Source: Candidatus Latescibacterota bacterium (GTDB taxonomy: Bacteria; Latescibacterota; UBA2968). From it: DNA of 64,000 bases. Below are positions 59,201 through 64,000 of the stretch, piece after piece. Under the pieces are notes generated by a model. It saw only the letters and a program-made list of their open reading frames with translations, was not told the DNA's origin and ran no database searches. The position numbers and the translations under genes were made by a program. The stretch lies in NCBI GenBank assembly GCA_965222605.1, contig OZ244960.1:5984001-6048000 (forward strand), given 5' to 3'. The first letter of the stretch is position 1; the number at the start of each line of letters is the position of its first letter.

Positions 59201-59338
59201 GACATTCGCCCCGGGCAACGGACTCCCGGTCGCGTCCCGAACAAATCCGTTGATCTTTCCCAGGACGCCTGCCTCGACTGCCGAACAGGTCAGGGCCAGG
59301 ATCAGGGTAAAGATGCAAAACCTGTATTTTATGAACAT
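56225..59338 (-). CDS. TonB-dependent receptor with carboxypeptidase-regulatory-like N-domain
   Basis: GKINGFVRD..LPGANV, LQPGV, VRGG, AEYGN..GVINVVTK, FYVQDKMEF, SPRLGISHP, terminal Phe. Confidence 0.9.
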   Translation of the reverse strand: MFIKYRFCIFTLILALTCSAVEAGVLGKINGFVRDATGSPLPGANVVLEGTQRGATTDPDGFYVILSLEPGTYSLAASMVGYAKMTQSDVQVRSDYTTQVNFQLTETEIQAEEMLVIAERPPVEPDKTTSKYTVSSVEIERLPIVRTTDELVALQPGVSQDGAYRVRGGDAALGNQGSNYRPTDVAFVVDGVRILHQDGQGARMFTGINKSAIQEISVITGVTPAEYGNSQAGVINVVTKEGGQAHHGWLEYRNTPPGKKHWGANVYDAPIHRGAVKWGDSAWEQETDPEAERRIHERTDYTGVMGHGFEATVSGPLTRHISFTLSGKHDREASVFPGPENVGFRAGNRFIHAPDNIQGSSSVTWRMTPHVKLKAGLVLQTYSAWEPNEGQASVRGIGQNYQNLFLPADWSASGQFRFREDLEYLVLTHIVSPRTFYEVRLSRGRSLQDTSSVPTQVGAVRRDANRKFYLGTERPHYQLFDRQRYTLKADLSSQVTKGHFFKAGTEWVLYNAWWTWRRDTYRNVNNTYVFFYGGDRQIAEPVNPVQGAFYVQDKMEFEGMVINAGLRFDYFNLRDKWPVNTTFFSRSDTQYFTTRDLTPTVDVASTFNISPRLGISHPISDRAAMHFSSGLFIQYPELFAYYGNAYFSNKKQASLDLNKDSQIGPQEEWNNMIAAYGGTFTGNAHIKPEKSLQFEVGGDWNFVSDYTASLTTYYRSEWDQLGAPHSSFRDPKGGVQAQTPRENNRVEEARGFELAVRKRFSYGFSFQVAYNMQWTSNTHFVGKGNAIKRIAVDSLYVANGNWTLLTVDPVTGARIPKQMTQQDIERYGARANNQFRSFNGRVERGDTNGSGFRQGEYDLAIPYEEEPGVYLFGASQLRGIHEWGLKPGDVRNSGKIQMVFTTPWDLDMGAPWVNVLLRNFNINVLYRIQNGQTFKYQPPTGGQPEFRTRPIESRFDLQAMKSIHLTDRVQAQVFLSVFNLFNEKNLGRIDNTVDWVEWGLAMPRPDNSVFNAHGDINDRRRYTARSRQTELGLRIMF

Positions 59339-59361
59339 CGTTCTGCCTCCTCTCATGGGCG

Positions 59362-60108
59362 TCACGACTTCTGGAAATAGAATTTCAGCCCGACTCCAAT
59401 TTGGAAAAATTGCAGTGGAAATGCCTGGCGGTTGAATCCCCAGGCCGCCATAGGCCGCAACTCTCCCATGACAATGTGATAGCGAGCCCGCAGGTCCAGG
59501 GCCACCTTATCTGAAAGAAAACGCTGTACACCGAACCCCACGTTCATGCCCAGAGCCGCCTTTTCGTTGATCTGCGGATTCAGGTGTTTCGTCGGATCCA
59601 GGGGTGGGTTTTTCTGGCCGGGATAGATGAAGTTGCGACGCTCGGACCTGTACCCGTAGATCCCGGCTCCCAAGGCGATATAAGAGCGGAACATCTTTCC
59701 CTCAAATCCTTCGCCCCAGGGGGCGACCACCACGTTGAACACCGCGCTGTGAAACCGAATTTGAGATACGGCTGCAGGGCTCAGGTATGTTTGCCCATCC
59801 ACGGCCCAGGTAAACGTCTGTTTCGCCTCTTCGCCGTTGTCGAAATTGGAATAGTGATATTCCACTTCCATCATCAATCGGGAAGAGCGCAGGTGGTGCC
59901 AGGTTGCGCCGAATTGCTCCGTTCCTGAAAACCGGCTACCCATTCCCAGCACCGGAAGGCTGTACCCGCCGAAGGTGCCTACGCCCCAGCCGCGCGTGGT
60001 CTGCGCCTCTGCAGGGTAGGTCGCCCCCAGAATTCCCAGCAGGCAGAGCCATAGTTTTATTTTTTTAAGTTTCAAACCTTTATCCTCCGTTAAAAGGCAT
60101 CTGACCAA
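59362..60108 (-). CDS. Outer-membrane beta-barrel (OmpA-like membrane domain) protein
   Basis: Signal peptide; alternating amphipathic strands, YIALGAG, GMNVGFG, IGVGLKFYF; start may be the TTG near 60075. Confidence 0.7.
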   Translation of the reverse strand: MVRCLLTEDKGLKLKKIKLWLCLLGILGATYPAEAQTTRGWGVGTFGGYSLPVLGMGSRFSGTEQFGATWHHLRSSRLMMEVEYHYSNFDNGEEAKQTFTWAVDGQTYLSPAAVSQIRFHSAVFNVVVAPWGEGFEGKMFRSYIALGAGIYGYRSERRNFIYPGQKNPPLDPTKHLNPQINEKAALGMNVGFGVQRFLSDKVALDLRARYHIVMGELRPMAAWGFNRQAFPLQFFQIGVGLKFYFQKS

Positions 60109-60419
60109 CCCGATGCCAAATCCTATACCTGTTTAAAATCTTTAACGGGTGCCTTCATTCCGGGCACCATAAATACGCATCAAAGGCACCACCTCCTTGT
60201 GCGGGACAGGGGATACCGGACGGGCGTAACTCTCTGGTAACCGGGCAGATACACAACAGACCGGATGCGCTGCACCTGCACCGGGATTTGGAGACCTCCG
60301 GTATTGGACTTGACAAAGTGTAGAAAATTCATATTTTTGGGGCGGACGTGTGACGATGCGAATCGTTGATTACACGTCTCGACTGCGCCGTTAGCCTTGA
60401 CTCTCGCCAAAGTGCCGGG

Positions 60420-61169
60420 CTAACGGCTTTTTTTATTGAACCGGCCATTATTGAACCTGATAGACGAAATATTCCTGGTCAGGTGGGTGTACAGTTCTAG
60501 CATTGCCCTGGAGGCATCACCTTTGCAAAGAGCCTCTACGATGTTTTCGTGCTCCTGCATGGTTTTAGGATTTCCGTTGCTGTGATACAGACGGTCGGGG
60601 TCGTCGTACATCTTGAAGCGTATCGCTTCCACCACCAGATGCTCCTGCTCTTGAAAAACTTCGCTATGCGAAGCCCGAAGCAATGCCAGGTGAAACCGAA
60701 TTTCTTCAGCAGCCATGCTCTCCCCTCGTGCAGCTTTCGGGTGCATATCCTCAACTATTTTCTTTAATTTTGCAAAATCCTCATCGGTGGCGTAAATGGC
60801 TGCAAGCGATACGGACCCCACTTCAAGGGCACATCGAAGCCTGTAGAGATCGACGATATTTTCAGTAGAAATCAGGACCAGATCATCCCGGAGGCGATTG
60901 GGATCGAAGGCTTTGATAAAAGCCCCCCGGCCGTGCTGTTTGTCGATAATCCCTTCGCCCACCAGCACACTTAGAGCCTCCCGAATTACCCGATGACTCA
61001 CACCAAAAGCACTGGAAAGTTGCCGTTCGGAAGGCAAATGGTCGCCTTCCCGGAGATCTTCAACCAGGATAAAACGCTTGAGGATCATCACGGCCTTGTC
61101 GGCAAGAGATATTCGGGCAATCTCTCCCAGGGTATAAGAAGATATAGTGTTAGATAAGGATGGACTCAC
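60420..61169 (-). CDS. FadR/GntR family transcriptional regulator
   Basis: GDHLPSERQLSSAFGVSHRVIREAL..G.GAF HTH; FCD domain R..LE, FH, EH..I. Confidence 0.9.
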   Translation of the reverse strand: MSPSLSNTISSYTLGEIARISLADKAVMILKRFILVEDLREGDHLPSERQLSSAFGVSHRVIREALSVLVGEGIIDKQHGRGAFIKAFDPNRLRDDLVLISTENIVDLYRLRCALEVGSVSLAAIYATDEDFAKLKKIVEDMHPKAARGESMAAEEIRFHLALLRASHSEVFQEQEHLVVEAIRFKMYDDPDRLYHSNGNPKTMQEHENIVEALCKGDASRAMLELYTHLTRNISSIRFNNGRFNKKSR

Positions 61170-61225
61170 GTAGATTTTTTACCGGGAAGATGAAGGGAAA
61201 CCTCTTGTCAATAACATTCTTCAAT

Positions 61226-61266
61226 AGTATATTTACTGTTTACATGATGACAACAGTAAATATACT
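61226..61266. promoter_or_regulatory. 15-bp perfect inverted repeat in the divergent promoter region (operator or hairpin)
   Basis: AGTATATTTACTGTT-N11-AACAGTAAATATACT. Confidence 0.6.
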
Positions 61267-61286
61267 GAAAATAAGGTGCCTGTCAA
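61259..61286 (-). promoter_or_regulatory. Sigma-70-type promoter for the GntR gene
   Basis: Minus strand TTGACA-16 nt-TATATT. Confidence 0.55.
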
Positions 61287-61374
61287 TAGTATTTTCCGGC
61301 TTTTTTGACGCATTTTGGGGAATTTCGATGTCTATCCACCGTCTCGCCCTGAATGTGCATCCCGGGAGGTTAAA

Positions 61375-63822
61375 ATGAAGGTTTTTGCCTGGCTGGCAAT
61401 CTGTCTCTGGGTCCTGGCAGCACCCTTTGTCGCGCAGGCGGACAACGCCTTCCTTTCCGCTCATTTGGACACCGAACGGGATTCGTCGGTAGCCGCGGGG
61501 GGCCTGTTGGTGCGCGACCGGGGTATAGATGCGGCCGTCGATACCCTGGTCCGTCTGGTCGAGGCGCATCCGGAAGACGCGGTTCTTCTAACGCGGCTTG
61601 GGCATGCCTATCTCAAGGTCAAAGATTTCGACGCGGCCGGGCAGGCTTTCGGCAGAGCCAGGAAACTCGACCCGGGCTTACCCGATGCCTGTGTAGGCCA
61701 GGGGCTGGTCTATGTAGAGCGGCCAGCCAGGGGCATGGCAGCTTATTACAATTTCCGCCGGGCGGTGGGCGCAGCCAAACAGGCAATCCGGATCGATTCG
61801 ACGTACGCACCGGCCTACCGGTTGCTGGGGACGATCTATGCACGCTTCGATGAAGACTACGATAAAGCTGTTGAATATTTCACAAGGTACCTCGATCTGG
61901 TGCCCGGCTATCTGGACGGTCTGTACCCCTTTGGACTCGCTTGCGTCCAGACTGGACAATATGAAAGGATTGATCATTACATCACCCCCCGCATCGATGT
62001 GCAGCCTCACCAGATCGACTTGCTGCCGCTTGTAGCCCAGGCGCACTTCTTCCAAGAACGCTACGAAGGAGCTCTGGAAGTTTTCGAGCGTTATTTGCAG
62101 AAGCTGGATGGCGCAGAGCGGCAGCTTTATACGGATATTTCCCTCATCGCTTCCCAGAAAGAAATCCAGGATTACCGGGCCACGTCCGGGGATGCGCGTA
62201 TCGCCTATCTGGAGCAGTTCTGGGCCAGGCGAGACCCGGATATTCTGAGCAGTATCAACGAACGCATCATCGAACACTACCGCCGGGTTTGGTACGCCCG
62301 CACCTTTTTTTCTTACAATGCCCATCCCTGGGACCGGCGTGGCGAGGTTTATATTCGATATGGAGAGCCGGATCACCGCTCGCGGTCCACACGCAGGCAT
62401 TTTACCCAGAGTTCTGCCGTTGAGGTTGTGCGCAACCGGATGGCCGCTACGCTCTACGGTCCCGAGGCTGCTTACCTCACGTTCACCGGCCCGATTTTCC
62501 CAGTGCGCGCCCGCCGTAGCGCCAGTGCTGCGGTTCGTTTCGGAGAGGACCGGTCTGAGCCTGGAACGGAAGACCTTGAGGCCGACATCAGCACGGCTCG
62601 GGGCGAGGGGGTGGAGGGGGAAGAACTTCCCACATCCGTTTTTGCAGGCTCCGACGCAGCTAATCCTGCAAATATCCACAGCAACCCCCAGGTCGGTGTT
62701 CTGGAAGGCAAGCTCAATTTCGGGGGCTATATGCCTGTAACCCTGGGCAACGAAAATGCAACCGTGCCCTGGGAGACCTGGACCTATACGCAGATCGGTG
62801 GGGGCCTCGAAATCACCTTTACGGATGAACGGGGAACCGGGCAGTTTGATTTTGCTCCCATTCCCCCGCCCAATCTGGATGCGAATCTCAAGCAGCTTTC
62901 TCTGCTCTCCGAATTTGCTCCCACCCTCGTCTATGAGAACACAATTGCTACTGCTCCAGACCACTACCGCCCGTTTTTCCAGCATCCCCATCTGGACTTC
63001 TACTACGATCTGGCAGGTTTCCGAGGCCAGGACGGTCGAACGGTTCTGGAAATCTACTACGCCCTTCCGGGTGAGCAGATCGAACTGGTCGAAAAAGCGG
63101 ACTCGGCCTATGCGTATGTCCGGTGCGCGGTGGCCCTGGCTGATGGGAATTTTACCGAAATCTACCGGACTGCCATAAAACAGATCTACGGGGTGGCAAC
63201 TGGTTTCGACCAGCAAAAAGGGGCGTTTTTGCCCGAAATTCTCAGACTCAATGTGCCCCCAGGCCACTACGAACTCCAGGTACAGGTTAAAGACCTGACC
63301 TCGGATCGCACCGGCATTTACCGACAATCTGTAGATGTGCCTGACTATGGTGACGAGCGCCTGTTGCTCAGCGACATCCTTCTGGCCGCTTCGATTGGGG
63401 AGGCGGGCTCAATGGAAAAATTCCAGAAAGGGGATATTTGGGTCGTTCCCATGCCCACCCGAACCTTCGGCAAAGGTCAGAAAATCTATATCTACTACGA
63501 AATTTACAATCTGAAGCGGGACGAATTCGGCCGCACTCGGTACAAAGCACAGTACAGAGTACGGCCCGTCTCGGAGAAATCGATCGGCGACCTCAGCGTC
63601 CTCTTATCGGGACTGAGCACCCTGTTGAAAAGCCGAAAGCCTCAGGTTTCGATAGACTACGAACAGGTCGGCTCGGATCAGGAGGTCGAAACGGCGTATT
63701 TCGAACTCGATTTGACCAAAACAAAAATGGGGATCAAAGCACTGGAAGTCACGGTCACAGACCTGGTCAGCGGTCAATCTGAAATCCGTGAGATTAACTT
63801 TTCCTACGGTCAGGGCCGCTAA
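61375..63822 (+). CDS. TPR + GWxTD-domain-like secreted protein
   Basis: RBS GGAGG; signal peptide; TPRs; FWARRDP..NERIIEHYRRVWYA..WDRRGEVYIRYGEPD; ETWTY. Confidence 0.85.
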   Translation: MKVFAWLAICLWVLAAPFVAQADNAFLSAHLDTERDSSVAAGGLLVRDRGIDAAVDTLVRLVEAHPEDAVLLTRLGHAYLKVKDFDAAGQAFGRARKLDPGLPDACVGQGLVYVERPARGMAAYYNFRRAVGAAKQAIRIDSTYAPAYRLLGTIYARFDEDYDKAVEYFTRYLDLVPGYLDGLYPFGLACVQTGQYERIDHYITPRIDVQPHQIDLLPLVAQAHFFQERYEGALEVFERYLQKLDGAERQLYTDISLIASQKEIQDYRATSGDARIAYLEQFWARRDPDILSSINERIIEHYRRVWYARTFFSYNAHPWDRRGEVYIRYGEPDHRSRSTRRHFTQSSAVEVVRNRMAATLYGPEAAYLTFTGPIFPVRARRSASAAVRFGEDRSEPGTEDLEADISTARGEGVEGEELPTSVFAGSDAANPANIHSNPQVGVLEGKLNFGGYMPVTLGNENATVPWETWTYTQIGGGLEITFTDERGTGQFDFAPIPPPNLDANLKQLSLLSEFAPTLVYENTIATAPDHYRPFFQHPHLDFYYDLAGFRGQDGRTVLEIYYALPGEQIELVEKADSAYAYVRCAVALADGNFTEIYRTAIKQIYGVATGFDQQKGAFLPEILRLNVPPGHYELQVQVKDLTSDRTGIYRQSVDVPDYGDERLLLSDILLAASIGEAGSMEKFQKGDIWVVPMPTRTFGKGQKIYIYYEIYNLKRDEFGRTRYKAQYRVRPVSEKSIGDLSVLLSGLSTLLKSRKPQVSIDYEQVGSDQEVETAYFELDLTKTKMGIKALEVTVTDLVSGQSEIREINFSYGQGR

Positions 63823-63912
63823 GATAGATTGGTATTGGTATATAGGAGAGGTCCACCGACCCTGGACCTTTGTCATAACCAAAACCTCCGGTACCGGGGC
63901 AAGATAAAAATT

Positions 63913-63943
63913 AGGGAACGGCACAAAAGCCGTTCCCTTTTTT
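63913..63943 (+). terminator. Rho-independent terminator
   Basis: AGGGAACGGC-ACAAAA-GCCGTTCCCT followed by TTTTT. Confidence 0.8.
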
Positions 63944-64000
63944 CGGCCTCTGTTACCTCTTGTGTTGCGAGCATTCTCCTTGACACTTCCCCTTGAACAT

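Noticed and set aside
1-64000. CRISPR array, tRNA or rRNA genes
   Set aside because: No regularly spaced repeats, cloverleaf or rRNA-like sequence seen by eye; a tRNAscan/Infernal run would be needed to be sure

Overview
Bacterial genomic window. The gene set (DUF6785-like membrane protein, GWxTD/TPR protein, PorV-like barrel with a TonB-dependent receptor, sulfatases, one with a dockerin-like tail) suggests an FCB-related lineage such as Ca. Latescibacterota; this is an inference. Layout: (1) 48-10984, catabolic cluster with four amidohydrolases, a heparinase II/III-like protein, a DegT aminotransferase and a transporter-like protein. (2) 13125-14405, a thioredoxin-like ORF with an in-frame UGA in a C-T-U motif followed by a SECIS-like hairpin (candidate selenoprotein that gene callers would split). 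(3) ~15400-40741, a visibly more AT-rich accessory region with two sulfatases and the main finding: a BREX-like defence operon of unusual composition (SNase, DUF4007/SspB-like, BrxF/B-like, PglX-like adenine MTase, BrxC, PglZ, BrxL with a MIT_C/PLD-like tail). It lies behind a perfect sigma-54 -24/-12 promoter, an IHF site and tandem UAS-like palindromes, next to a CARF/RtcR-type sigma-54 activator. The MTase is cleanly interrupted by an IS982-family element with a 5-bp TACTA duplication, and an SbcD/SbcC-like pair follows. (4) 40823-52765, catabolic genes with several deletion scars and a solo TnpB element. (5) 52894-63822, TonB receptor/CTD protein/PorV-like cluster, a GntR regulator and a GWxTD-like protein, followed by a possible small RNA. 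No rRNA, tRNA or CRISPR array was seen. All family calls come from reading motifs; no database search was run.
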